DNA of 64,000 nucleotides from Chiloscyllium plagiosum (Eukaryota). The stretch's first letter is position 1. Each line of letters opens with the position of its first letter. This document shows, piece by piece, positions 37,715 to 50,292 of this stretch. Both the position numbers and the translations under genes were made by a program. The notes under the pieces were generated by a model. That model worked only from the letters and a program-made list of their open reading frames with translations. It had not been told where the DNA came from and made no database searches. The stretch spans positions 2,306,464 to 2,370,463 of the forward strand of contig NC_057751.1 in the NCBI RefSeq assembly GCF_004010195.1, written 5' to 3'.

Positions 37715-39535
37715 CAAATCATTGAGACAAAGAGGGGTTATGAGGTAGCCTTGGCAAATAAGGTTCAAGATAATCCAAAAATAGTCAACAAATGTATTAA
37801 GACCAAGACAGCAACGAGACAGAGAGAGATTAGGACCCATTAAAGATCAACGAGGTTTGCTTTGCGTTGAAGAATAGGAGCTTGGAGAGATATCAAATGA
37901 ATATTTCACATCAGTTTTACTGTTGAGAAAGAAATCGAGGCGGGAGAACTTAGGAAAATAAATATTGGTCTTTTGAAAGCAGCTCACATTACAGAAGAGG
38001 AAGTGCTAGAATCTTAGAAAACATAAAGTTAGATAAATCTCCAGGACCTGGTTTGTGGGATATCAGGGAGGAAATTGCATGGCCTCAAGCAGGGATATTT
38101 GTGTTATCTGTGAACACTGGTGAAGTACTGGAGGATTGGAGTGTTGCTAATTTTGCGCCATTGTTTAAGAAAAGATGCAAGGACAAGCCTGAAAACAGAA
38201 GACTTGTGAGTCTTACATCAGTAGTGGGCAAGTTGTTGGAGGTGATTTTGAAAGATAAGATTTATGTGAATTTGGAGGGGCAAAGGTTGATTTGGTATAG
38301 TCATCATGGTTTTGTGCAAGGAAAATTGTGTTCGCCAAGCTTGATTGCATTTTTCTACAAAGTAACCAAAATGATTGATGAGGGCAGAGCAGTAGACATT
38401 GTTTTCTTAGACTTCTTCAAAGCCTTTGACAAGGTTCTGTGTGGTAGGTTAATTAATAACGTTAGATCATATGGGATTCAAGGTGAGCTTGCCAAGTGGA
38501 TACAAAATTGGCTCCATAATAGGAGGCAAATGGTGGTGGTGGATGGTTGCTTTTCAGACCAGAGGCCTGGGACCAGTAGTGTATTAGGTCCAATTTTGTT
38601 TGTCATTTATATGAATGATTTGGATGAGAACATAATAGGCATGGTTATTAAGTATGCAGATGACGCCAAAATTGGTGGTATAGTGGACAGTGAGGAAGGT
38701 TATCTGAGATTACAAAGATATCTTGATCAATTGGGTCAATGGGCTGAGGAATGGCAAATGGAGTTTGATTTGGGTAAATGTGAGATATCGCATTTTGGTA
38801 ATACAAACCAGGACAGGATTTACACAATAAATGATCAGGCCTTGGGTAGTGTAATAGAATAGAGAGACCAAGGGATTCAGGTACATCATTCTTTGAAATT
38901 TGCATCACAGGTTGACGGGGTGGTTAAGAAGGCATTTAGCATGCTTGCCTTCATTGATGAGACTTTTGAGTATCAGGATTGGGATGTTATGTTGAGGTTG
39001 TACAAGATGTTGGTAAGGCCTCGTGTGGAGTACTGTGTGCAGTTCTGGTCGGTCTTCGCTGGGAAGGGTTTTATTAGACAAAAATATTTACCAGGATGTT
39101 TCCAGGAATAAAGATTTTGAGATATAAAAGTAGACAGGAAAGATTGGGAATGTTTTCGCTAGAGAGTAGGAGACTGAGGGGTGACATTATTGAGATTTAT
39201 AAAATCATAGAGACATAGATAAGGTGAATGACAAGAGTGTTTTCCTTGAGGGAGTTGAATTCAAAACTATGGGGGGAATATTTTTAAGGTGAGAGGTGAA
39301 AAATGCAAAAAGGACATGACTGGCAACTTTTTTCCACACAGTGCTTTGTGTGTGGAATGAACTGCCAGAGAAAGTGCTGGATGCATGTACAGTTACAATG
39401 TTCAAATGACAGTTGTATATGTTCTTGAATAGGAAAGGTTTGGAGGCATATGGTCCAACTGAAGGCAGAGAGGACGAGTTTAGTTTGGGAACATGGTCAG
39501 CGTGAACTAGTTGGACTGTTTCCATACTGTGTGAC
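37715..39535 (+). mobile_element. CR1 LINE RT to 3' end
   Basis: 269-aa ORF 38053-38862 with LDFFKAFDKV, KYADD, WQMEF. Confidence 0.92.
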
Positions 39536-39670
39536 AATGTTGGTGGTCACTTTTCAAAATTCTGCACACTAGATTACTTCTGGCAGATTGAAAGATCAAA
39601 ATGTAACTGCGCTGTTGAAGAAATGAGGGATATAGACAACTAGAAACTACAGCCTGTTTGTCTAACATTA

Positions 39671-40078
39671 TGTGACAATGCTCCTTTAACATGGTTATTC
39701 TGTCCTTGGTTTTTCATTCAAGAGTGGTTGTGAAGGCAGAGTTGCCAAAATGTCTGAACTGGCTACTTTAATAATGGCTAACAGATGCAGCCTAAGTCAA
39801 CAATCAGAAAGGCTCTCAATTTTTTTCAAACAATGAAAGAGGGGTAGCGGTTTTCCAAGTTCAGGGTTTTTTCTAGTTTTGGGTTAGTTTTAGCTGGGGA
39901 CCCAAAGAAACAGCTCCATACTGATCCTCTCTCTCTCTCTCTCTGACATCTGTCTCCTGTAAGAACCTGTGCTTGAATTTACCTTTTTGCCAAGGGGTGT
40001 GCTTATGGCAATGTTGCAGGAAATTGGAACAGCTCTTTATTAATTTGTGTTTTTGTGTTGGTCAGGTTTTCAAATAGT
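39671..40078 (+). mobile_element. LTR 5' portion (probably Gypsy-type)
   Basis: Starts TGTGACAA; internal 39860-40075 is homologous to 41225-41450; contains (CT)n. Confidence 0.55.
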
Positions 40079-41222
40079 CATACAACATAGAACAGTACAG
40101 CATAATACAGGCCCTTCAGCCCTTGATGTTGTGCCAACCTTTTATGCTACTTGAAGATCAAACTAACCTACAAACCTTTAATTTTACTTTCATCCATGTG
40201 CCTAACCAAGTGTCGCATAAATGTTCCATGTCCCTGACTCTACTACCACAGCTGGCAGTGCGTTCCACTTATCCACCACTCTCTGTGGAAAGAACCTACC
40301 TCTGACATCTCCCCTAAACCTTCCTCCAATCACCTTAAGATTATGTCCTTTGGTGATAGCCATTTCCAAGCTGGGAAAAAGTCTCTGTCTATCCATTCTA
40401 TCTATGCCTCTCATCATCTTGTACACCTCTATCAAGTCACCTCTCATCCTTCTTCGCTCGAAGGATAAAACCACTAGCTGTTTTAACCTTGCTTCATAAG
40501 ACGTGCAGTCCAGGCAGCATCCTGGTAAATCTCCTCTGCACCCTCATGAAAGCTTCCACATCCTTCCCATAATGACGTGACCAGAACTGAACACAATATT
40601 CCAAGTGAGGTCTAACCAGGGTTTTGTCGAGCTGCAGCATAACCTCGCAGCTTTTAAACTCAATCCCCCTGCGAAGGAAGGACAACATGTATTTTTGGCC
40701 TCCTTACTTGAGAAAGGATGTACTGGCTCTGGAGGGGGTGCAGAGGAGGTTCACCATGTTGATTCTGGAGTTGAGGGGGTTGGTTTATGAGGACAGATTG
40801 AGTAGACTGGGATTATGTACATTAGAATTTGGAAGAATGAGGGGATATTTTATCAAAACATATAAAATTATGAAGGGAATAGATAAGAGAAGATGTTTCC
40901 ACTGGCAGGTGAAACTAGGACAACAGAGCATAGCTCAAAATTCGGGGGAGCAGATTTAGGACTGAATTGGGAAGGAACTCCTTCACTCAGAGGATTGTAA
41001 ATCTATGGAATTCCTTGCCCAGTGAAGTAGTTGACGCTAGATCAGTAAACGTTTTAAAGCGAAGGGAGATTTTTTTTGAACAATTAAGGAATTAAGGAAT
41101 ATGGTGAAAGGGCGGGTGAATGGAACTGAGGCCACAAAAAGATCAGCCATGATGTTATTGAATGGCGGAGCAGGCTCGAAGGGCCAGATGGCCTACTCCT
41201 GCTCCAAGTTCTTGTGTTCCTA
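40079..41222. mobile_element. Two CR1 3' halves back to back (minus 40079-40688, plus 40689-41222)
   Basis: VRPHLEYCVQFW and RGRFFPQRVV on minus; FWPPYLRKDVLALEGVQRRFT on plus; different tails. Confidence 0.88.
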
Positions 41223-41224
41223 CT

Positions 41225-41645
41225 TTCAGGGTTTGGTTTGATATGATTTTGGCAAGCAGACTGTTTGAGGCTGCTGGTCAAGGAAACAACTCCATGCTTA
41301 TCCTCTCTCTTTCTGACATCTCTCTCCTGTAAGAACCTGTGTTTGATTTTACCTTTTTTGCCAAGGAGGTGTTTATGGGATGTTGCAGGTATTTGGAACA
41401 ACTTCATTCAGTTGCGATGGAGTTGATTGGGTTTGCAGATAGGTTAAGTTATTCAAAATTTAGTTCTCTTTTGTTCGTGTTTTATTCAGTAGTCTGTTAA
41501 AAAATTCTGTGTTGTTTAAAACTGGTTGGGCCAGCCGCATCACTCTTGGGATATCCATGCTACACCTGCTGAAAACAACTGGAAACATTAAGGTCTAGGC
41601 TACCTTCTTTAAACATTTTGAGGGGGTCTGGCCTGGTCCGTAACA
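41225..41645 (+). mobile_element. LTR 3' portion
   Basis: Ends GTCTGGCCTGGTCCGTAACA, nearly the reverse complement of the start of the LTR at 45676. Confidence 0.65.
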
Positions 41646-41649
41646 TAGA

Positions 41650-43665
41650 TAATGCAAACATTTCTGCAAGGCGCCCTGCAAATTTTCTGCCTAACCTCTC
41701 ACAAAATCCTGGGATACACTGAATCAGATCCTGGAGATTTATCCACCTTCATATTCTCGAAGACCTCTAGCATTCCTCTTCTGTAATGTGAATTGTTTTC
41801 AAAAGGTCAATATGTATTTCCCTGAGTTATCTTACCTCCATTTCTTTCTCCATAGTAAAAATCAATGCAAAGTATTTATGTCATACCTCTCCAATCTCTT
41901 GAGGTTGAACACAAAAAAGATGGCTTTGATTTTTATGGAGCCCTACTCTCTCTCTAGTTTTTCTCTTGCTCTTAATGTATTTGTAGAATCTCTTTGGATT
42001 ATCCTTAACTTTCTTTGCCAAGGCTATATCATATCCTGTCTTTGCTTTCCTGATCTTCCATCTTAAGAATGCCCCTACAGTCTTTATACTATTCAAGAGG
42101 TTCATTTGATCCTTGTTGTCTCTAGCTAATAGTGATTCTTTTTCAGTATTGATGAGAATGTAAATATCTTTATTGATCCATTTATTCCTAATCTTGCCAG
42201 CCTTGCCTTTTACTCTGGCCGGAACATGATGACTCTGAATTCTTGTCATCGCACTTTTGAAAGCCTCCCACGTATCTTTATTTGCGAACAGTCCACTCCA
42301 ATCAAAGTTCTTGTCTCGTACCATTAAAATTTGCCTGACTCCAATGAGAAACCTTAACTTTTATGTTCGGCTTATTCTTTTCCATAACGATTTTAAAACT
42401 AATAGATTTGACCACCAAACCCAACATGTTCCCCTCCTATCACTTCAGTCACTTTTCCTGTCTTATTACCCAAGAGAAGATCATGTTTTGCTCCTTCTTT
42501 CAGAGGAACATTTACATATTGATAAAGAAAATTCTCCTGAACACATTTAACAAATTCTGTGGTCCCTGGTTATTGATGCATTTACTAAGGGGAAAATTGT
42601 CTTTCTACCAACCCTATCTGTGCTCTCATAATCTTATCCATCTCTGTCAGATTCTCTCTGAACCTTTACTGCTCCAAGAAAAAAACACCAGCCTATCCAA
42701 TCTAGCCTGAGAATTCAGACCTTGCAGCTCAAGCAATATTCTGGTCAATCTTGCCTGCACCCTTTTGGGTACAATCATATCTTTCCTTTATTGAGGTGCT
42801 CCATTTGGGGCCGAATCAACATCTTCCATACTGTCAGGGTTCTGTGATTCTACTCTATGATTCTTATACACTTCAAGCATAACTTTCTTGCTTTTGTATC
42901 CTGTGCCTTCATAACCACTTTACCTACCTGCTCTTCTATTCTAAGGGATCTGTGGAAATGCATGCAAGGGTCTTCAATACTTTATAAGGTCCTGCCGTTC
43001 ATAGAGTAGTTATTTGCCTTTATAGTTTCCCTGAATGCATTGCCTCACACTTTCCTGACTTGAATTCCATTTGCCCCTGCTCTGCCCACTTGGCCATTCC
43101 ATTGCTATCCTCTTGTAGTTCATGACTAACCTGCTGACTATTTGCCACCCTAACAATTTTTATGCCATCCACAAACTTCATCTTCCACCTGCAAGTTCAA
43201 ATCATGAATGTACACCACAAGCAGCCATGCTAAAATCCATGTCGGCCACAGCAAATGGATGACCCTCATCAACTCTGAGTTACATCTTCAAAAAAATTTG
43301 ATTAATTTTGTCAAACTCAGCCTTCCCTTCACAATCCATGCTGACTATCTGTGATTAATGAGTGCATATGTTTTCTGTCTTTCTCATATCTTTCCCACCA
43401 TTGAAATTAAACTGTTTGACCTGTAACTTCCTCCAGTTCTTTTCATATTGTAACAATGTTAGCAGTGCTCCTGACCTCTGGCACCTCATTTTTGGTCAGA
43501 CAGGATTTAAAAATGACTGTCAGGTCCACTGACATCTACTCTCTTGTCTCCCTGAACAGTCTGGGATAAATCTTAACCTAGCCTGCAGATTTATCCTTTT
43601 CTTAAGGCTGTCAAACTTTCTCGTAGCTTCTCTCTTTTACTTTTCCTAATATTTCACAGTCCTGC
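41650..43665 (-). mobile_element. Two decayed CR1 fragments (41650-42560, 42590-43665)
   Basis: LAKKVKDNPKRFYKYIKSK..RERVG; GAATTCCATTTGCC (WQMEF on minus) at ~43062. Confidence 0.75.
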
Positions 43666-43680
43666 ACCCTGATGCCGATA

Positions 43681-44074
43681 GGTAATAACAATGACTGCAG
43701 ATGCTGGAAACCAGATTCTGGATTAGTGGTGCTGGAAGAGCACAGCAGTTCAGGCAGCATCCGAGGAGCAGTAAAATCTAGTTAATTTTAACCCTACTGC
43801 GAATCCTCTTGCAAGGATGCCTGCCTTGAAGAAAGTTTCCTCCTCTCTCTTCAAGAATCTCAGGGAGGCCCTCTCCCACTGCAACCCCCAGGTCATTTCC
43901 TCTGCCCTGAAGCTCTTATGCTACTTTCTGCACCCCACCCTCCTCTAGCTTATCTCTCCACGCTTCAGGCTCTCTGCCTTTATTCCTGATGAAGGGCTTC
44001 TGCCTGAAACGTCGATTTTACTGCTCCTCGGATGCTGCCTGAACTGCTGTGCTCTTCCAGCACCACTAATCCAG
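43681..44074. mobile_element. PLE insertion, family A variant, with inverted 98-nt segment
   Basis: 15-bp TSD ACCCTGATGCCGATA (43666-43680, 44075-44089). 43717-43778 pairs with 44014-44075; 36-nt tail. Hammerhead CTGATGA (43986-43992)-A-GGGC-TTCT-GCCT-GAAAC-GTC (44011-44013). Confidence 0.87.
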
Positions 44075-44117
44075 ACCCTGATGCCGATACCTCATTCATT
44101 TTTTTCCAGTGTTCTTT

Positions 44118-44480
44118 GGGGCAGCACGATGGCTCATTGGTTAGCACTGCTGCCTCACAGTGCCTCACAGGTTCGACTCCAGCCTCGGGCAACTGTTTAT
44201 GTGGAGTTTGCACATTCTAGCCGTGTCTGCGTGGGTTTCCTCAGGGTGCTCCAGTTTCCTCCCACAATCCAACGATGTGCAGGTGAGGTGAATTTACCAT
44301 GCTAAATTGCCCATGTTCAAGAATGTATAGGTTAGGTGCATTCGCCAGGGGTAAATGTAGAGTAATAAGGTAGGGAAATGGGTCTGGGTGGGTTACTCTT
44401 CAGAGGGTCAGTGTAGGCTTGTTGGGCTGCAGGGCCTGTTTCCACACTGTAGGGATTCTGTGACTCTCTGTGACTGTGAC
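44118..44480 (+). mobile_element. HE1 SINE
   Basis: GGCTCATTGGTTAGCACTGCTGCCTCACAG, GGTTCGACTCC B box, V-domain, GGGCCTGTTTCCACACTGT tail. Confidence 0.88.
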
Positions 44481-45675
44481 CACTTCTCCCAGGTCTACAC
44501 ACAGATTTCCAATGCCATTAAGTTAAAGAGTGGAAGAGAGAGGGCCCATGGAGATGTATGGATACTCTGCTGCTCAGTGTTCCTGTAGATGCTGAGTCTT
44601 CAGTGCATTACATTGAAGAGTACAAGAGGCAAATGTGCAACAGAATATGCCTGTTTGGCAAATATTGGTTGAATGGTAGGAGCAGGAGGAGAATTGAGAG
44701 CAAGCTCAAACTGAGCTCAACTCAAGGTGAGGATGATTGGTCACAGAAGGCAGGATTGAGAAAAATGTGTGGCAGGCATTAGTGCTGGGTTGACATTTAT
44801 TTACAAAATATATTAATGAGTTAGATGAAGAAAATGAATGTCTGATAGCAAAGTGTGCACGTCATACAAAAATATTTGGGAAGGAAAGTGATAAGGTTGA
44901 CACGAAGAGACTGCATAAGCAGGTTAAGAGAGTGGAGTAAAACTTGGCAGATGGTGTATACGTGGGAAAGCGTGAGATTATGCACTTTGGCAGGACAAAA
45001 ATAGAGGAACTGAATATAATTTGAATGGAGAAAGACTACAGAAAGCTGCAGAACAAAGGAATTTGGGAATCCTTGTGCATGTATCACAAAAAACTAACAT
45101 GCAGGGTCAGCAGGTGATAGGGAAGGCACATGGAATGTTTGCCTTTATTTCAAAGGGGATAAAAGTTGTGTTGCTTTGCTAAAACTACGCAAGCACTAGT
45201 CAGAGTACAGCAGGAGTATTATGAACAGTTTGTGGCCCTTATCTAAGGAAAGAAACACCAGCATTGGAGGCAATCCAGAGAAGTTTCACTCAGCTTTAGC
45301 CAGGTCTGGAGGGACTATTCTCTGAGGAGAGATTGGGCCTGCACTGGTTGGAATGTAGGAGAATAAGTGGAAATCTGATTGAAACATTGAATATTCTTAG
45401 AGGACAGTGTTATGAAGATGTAGGTGTGCTGTACCTATCAGAAAGTTAAAAGCTCCCAGAACTACCTGACAGCACCAAGTGTTCTGAACAAGATACAATG
45501 TAATCTTTTAGTCCACCAGCTAATGTAGCTGGTTGCCTGGAGACAAAAAAAACCCACAATTTGAATTAGGTCAATCAGTTTAAATTATACCCCGAAAAAT
45601 ACCTAACTACAATCAAGTTTGAATTTATTATATTGACGATATTAAAAGCCAATGACACAATCTGATGCTTTGGGA

Positions 45676-46300
45676 TGTTATGGACTAGGCCAGACCACTC
45701 AAAACATTCTTGAGCAGGCAACCCAGACAATAACTTTGCAATTTGTTTTGGTGAGTGTACAGTGAAAATTACCCAGAGTAAGTTAGCAAGGTTGATTACT
45801 AGGTTTGAAAGCAGACAAAAATTAATTCACAAAATTACACAATGAAACACAAAGAACAGAATAAAGAACCTACAGAACTCAGTCTATCCAAACTAGACTT
45901 AATTATGCTGTTCCAAAAATATACAACAGTCCCAATAAGCAAATCCCCTTAAAAAAACAGTACAAATGGAACAAATGCTTACAGATTTAAGTTAGAAGAG
46001 CAGAGAGAAAGCCTGTTTCCACACAGCTGAACTCCTAACTGGTTCTGGAGTGAACTGCTCAGCTCGAGAGCTGACCATTCCCCTTGCATTGTACAGGTCA
46101 CTTCTAAAATATGACCACTTTGGCCTGACGTCTCATCTGTTTACAAATAAACAAAAAGGCATCTCAATACCCTTTAGTCTCTCCACCAAACCAGTCTAGT
46201 CAGAACCAGCAGTTTTATGACCGCTCTTAAAAAAATTCAAGGACACAATATCCTTGTGAAAAGAAACAGCTTTTAGGAAAAAGGAACCAGCTTTGTGACG
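45676..46300 (-). mobile_element. Nested solo LTR
   Basis: TGTTATGG...GTGACG termini with 4-bp flanks GGGA/GGGG; end shared with the 41225-41645 LTR. Confidence 0.7.
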
Positions 46301-46639
46301 GGGGTATAAGACCGGGAAAATGTCAACAGTTGGAGGAGAACTGCCAAGCCACTTGTATGTACAGACTGCCCGAAACACAGCTCTCTTCAAGATACCTTTA
46401 TCATTCAATAACCTGTGAAATAGAATTCCCTCAGAATAAGAAAATCTACAGAGAAATACACAAAGGGAAGATTCGACAGCTGCCTGGTTGAAATCTGAAT
46501 TTTTGGTAAATCTTACTCAAGGTTTTATGGAATGAAAAATAAAAGATAGGTTAGAGGAAGGAGTTGTAAATAGTTGTAAGTTAATTTTTCTCTGTTACAC
46601 TTTAAGAAATAAAGTTGTTAATTTTTACTTAAAATAGTT

Positions 46640-46963
46640 TTAGATTAGATTAGATTACTGACAGTGTGGAAACAGGCCCTTCGGCCCAACAAGTCCACAC
46701 CGACCCGCCGAAGCGTATACCACCCAGACCCATACTCCTACATTTACCCCTTCACCTAACACTACGGGCAATTTAGCATGGCCAATTCACCTAACCTGCA
46801 CATTTTTGGATTGTGGGAGGAAACCGGAGCAACCAGAGGAAACCCACGCAGACACGGGGAGAATGTGCAAACTCCACACAGAGAGTCGCCTGAGGCGGGT
46901 GTTGAACCTGGGTCTCTGGCGCTGTGAGGCAGCAGTGCTAACCACTGTGCCACCGTGCCACCC
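46640..46963 (-). mobile_element. HE1 SINE, young CpG-rich copy
   Basis: (TAGAT)n tail at 46640; intact A/B boxes (TGGCACAGTGG, GGTTCAACACC) on the minus strand. Confidence 0.92.
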
Positions 46964-47162
46964 ACAAGTGCTTACAGATTGTGTCCTTGAATTTTTTCAG
47001 AGCGGTCATAAAACTGCTGGTTCTGACTAGACTGGTTTGGTGGAGAGACTAAAGGGTATTGAGATGCCTTTTTGTTTATTTGTAAACAGGCCAAAGTGGT
47101 CTTGGTCTCTTGAATTTTCACAGATTATCACATAGGGTAATCTGTTGCTGGTTTAAATTAGT

Positions 47163-47216
47163 TGGGGGGAGGGGGGGGGGAAAGTGGGGAGGGGGTGGAA
47201 GGTGTGGAGGTGGGGG

Positions 47217-47253
<37 letters not shown>
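47163..47253 (+). repeat. G-rich tract ending in a 35-nt G homopolymer
   Basis: Directly visible; lies near the LTR 3' end. Confidence 0.85.
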
Positions 47254-47255
<2 letters not shown>

Positions 47256-48449
47256 GAGGGTTTACCCTATGTTGTAACAGTAGGATAGATGCAAGAGAGA
47301 GAATCTAGGACCAGAGGGAATGAAAAGGGGCTGCACATTTAAGGCAGAAATGAGGAAGAATTTCTTCTCTCAGAGGGTACTGATTTTGTAGAATTCTTTA
47401 CTGCAGGAAGGCTTTTGAGGCTGGGTAATTTGGGATATTCAAGGCTGAGATACACTTTTTCAATAAGTGAGGGAATCAAGAGTTCTGAGGGAAAAGCAGG
47501 AAACTGGAGTTGAGGATGATCAGGTCAGACTCAGTGTGTTGAATAGCCTAATTCTGCACTCTGTCTTATTGTCTTATGGACAGAAGTTCTTGAGCCTATG
47601 GGCTTCTGTTCAAGGTTGTTCACCATTGGATAATACAAAATGTAACAGGCATTTTGTCCCAAATACCCTCCATCCTTTCCTCATAATCCAGATTTACCAT
47701 GGCTAACCCACCTAGCCAACATTTCCCTGAACACGGTGAGACAATTTAGCATGACCAATCCACCTGTTCTGCACATCTTTGGACTTCAGTTAGCGCTGAA
47801 CCTTGCATTTAGGATAGCCAGCAATAGAACTAAAGAAAAGAACAGTATGAGACTGAAGGAAGGCTGTTTAGATGATGCACTGCTTCTTTGCTCTGATCTT
47901 GCTGCAAAGTTCAAGCATGATGCTTGTCAGGCTTTGCCATGCTGGAAAATAATTCTCAAGTCATCTAGTGCAGGAGTGTTTCACCCACCCTCAAGGAACA
48001 GAAAGCGACCTACCAATAATAAAGAAGAACTAAAGTAGCCCGCATACAGCCTGCTATAAATCCCAAGGGATAGATACTATTAAAGCTTTACTCCACTGAT
48101 GCATGTGTTGACTCAAAGCACTCATTTGGCACGTGTCATGATTCATGTTTAAGATATTTTCAATATATTTTTAGTACACTTTGTGCTCAGGTGGTTTGAC
48201 AGTTGCCACTTTTGTGTCTATGACATTATCTGATAAAATAATTCATGTGAAACTGAAGTCAGCTGTCTTGAGTTTAGGTCTGCAGAGTATGAAAAAGAGT
48301 CAAGAAACTGATAGAAGATAATTTTCTTCTGAGATACTTCACAGCCTCTGGAACTCAAAAATGAATTCCACAATTCAGAGCCTGACCTCATTACATATGT
48401 CCTGCATTTTTCATATGTTTTTTTCTCCTGCCTCCAACCCCTGTCTTCA

Positions 48450-48970
48450 ACCAAAATGGAAATTGCTGTTGAAACTGGACAAGTATTGGCAGCATTGGTG
48501 GGGAGAAAGCAGAGTAAACATTCGAGTCTGGTGATTCTTTCTAAGATATGAGAAGTCAGAACTTTCTCAACAATATATCTTTTACACAAGGTCTTAACAC
48601 CATCTAGATATGTAGAAAATGGGAGCAGGAGTTGGCCATTCGGCTCTTCCAGCCTGTTCTGCTACTTAAAATGATCCTGGCAGATCATAAAGAGAATTGC
48701 ATGTCAACTCACTGAAGTGCTTGCAAATCAGTACCTAGTCAACTACTTGGAAGCTAGCTATGCTCACCAATATACCATTGGTTTCCCCTTGACCATCCTC
48801 TGCCTCTGTCATAAGTATAAAATACACTTTTTTCTCATTCCTTCTGTTGTGAAGAAGAGTCTTTTCAGACTCAAAACGTTAACTCCATTTCTTTCTCCAT
48901 AAATGCTGCCAGACCTGCTGAGTTTCTCTTGCACTTTCTGTATTTGCTTCCGATTTCCACTATCCAAATA
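48450..48970. mobile_element. Decayed PLE fold-back, third family
   Basis: 48849-48960 has GTGAAGA-A-GAGTC-TTTTCA-GACTC-AAAAC-GTT then ATGCTGCCAGACCTGCTGAG; a diverged inverted partner lies at ~48453-48545. No TSD found. Confidence 0.5.
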
Positions 48971-49419
48971 ATTAAGCATTTTTGAAGCTAATAAAACACT
49001 CCAAGGCATTTGACAAGAGAATTATCAAACAAAGTTTGATTGTAAGCTATGTAAGGAGTCATTGTAAAATATTTCCAAAAGCTTCATAGTTCTTCTCAAA
49101 GCTTCACCTGAAAATATTGGCAGTGAGGAAAAAAAATTAACTCAGTGCCAAGCTTGAACTCAGTATGGAGGCTAATTTCTGTTTTACACCCTGCTTTGGT
49201 GGAAAAATTGATGAATTTACAGGGTTTTTTTGATAAAGAACAGTTGATTGTATTTTGAAACACAATGGCAAAGGATTTTTACAGTTCTGAAAAGATTTAT
49301 GAGTGTGTTCCGAAAACTAAAATGAAAATATATTGCGAACAATATAAATTAAACAAAACTGAATCTTATAAAAATCCATGCCACAGCTTTCCTTGGAATC
49401 TGAGCTTTTTTGCAGTTGC

Positions 49420-49760
49420 CAACTAAAATCTTCTCCATGCCTGGAACCCACAAAGATCTCTCTATGCTCCTCCAATTCTGACATCTTTTGCAACCTGATT
49501 TTAATTGCTCTGCTATTGATAACCATGCTTTTATCCGTCTCAGTCCGAGATTTTGAAATTAATTCCCTGAACCTCTCTGTCTGTCACTTGTCTTCCAACT
49601 CCTTCAAAATTCTTATTCTGACCTACCCCTTTGACCAAGTTTTTGACCTGCTCGAATATGTCCTGATGTGGATGGTTTTCAAAGCTTACTTCTCACGTTC
49701 CTGTGAAGTGGCCTTGGACCTTTTATTATGGTAAAACGCATTATATGCATGCTGCTGACC
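49420..49760 (+). mobile_element. L2-type LINE 3' end
   Basis: TTTGACCAAGTTTTTGACC...CCTGTGAAGTGGCCTTGGA...TAAAACGCATTATATG. Confidence 0.55.
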
Positions 49761-50292
49761 AGGAGAAATGCTGGATTATCTTCAGGTTCTAAATGCTGTT
49801 GATGTTAGCCCTGCTTTTCCAATGAATAATACATTAAATAACTGGTGAGTTTATCGGTACAGCAGCAGTAACACAGCCTGCAGCAGAATAACAAGGTTCT
49901 CAAATTAAATGAGCTGGAATTGTGCCTGCTCTCTGGTCCTGTGGTAGATTTGAATGCACAGAGTAGAACCAATAGATTGCATTTTTTAAAAATCAAAACA
50001 GATCATCCATTTCTTCATGCGAACCGAGTGATCAAATCAAGGATCAAAGACTGAGGATTTCGAAACAAGTTATTCACCTCCTGACTCCCTGAAGCTTATC
50101 CACCATCCATGTGTCAGAAGCATGATGGAAGACTCGCCACTGGCCCAGGAGAGGGCAGCTCCAAGAAGCTTGATACTATCCAGGACAAATAGTAAATACA
50201 AATAGATTTCAGGTTTACAGAGGCATGGCAGAAGCAATCATATGGGATTCGCAGATATGAACACCCCCAGAGTTCGGAAAAACAAAACAACA

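Larger units (their letters stand above)
45408..47279 (+). mobile_element. Solo LTR (outer) carrying nested insertions
   Basis: TGTTA...TAACA termini; TATAAG at ~46305 and AATAAA at ~46608; precisely interrupts a CR1. TSD not clean. Confidence 0.65.
44690..47580 (+). mobile_element. Old CR1 3' half (44690-45407 + 47280-47580) interrupted by a solo LTR
   Basis: RT-like sequence up to AATATTCTTAGAGGAC; resumes GGATAGATGCA...GAGGAAGAATTTCTTCTCTCAGAGGGT. Confidence 0.75.
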
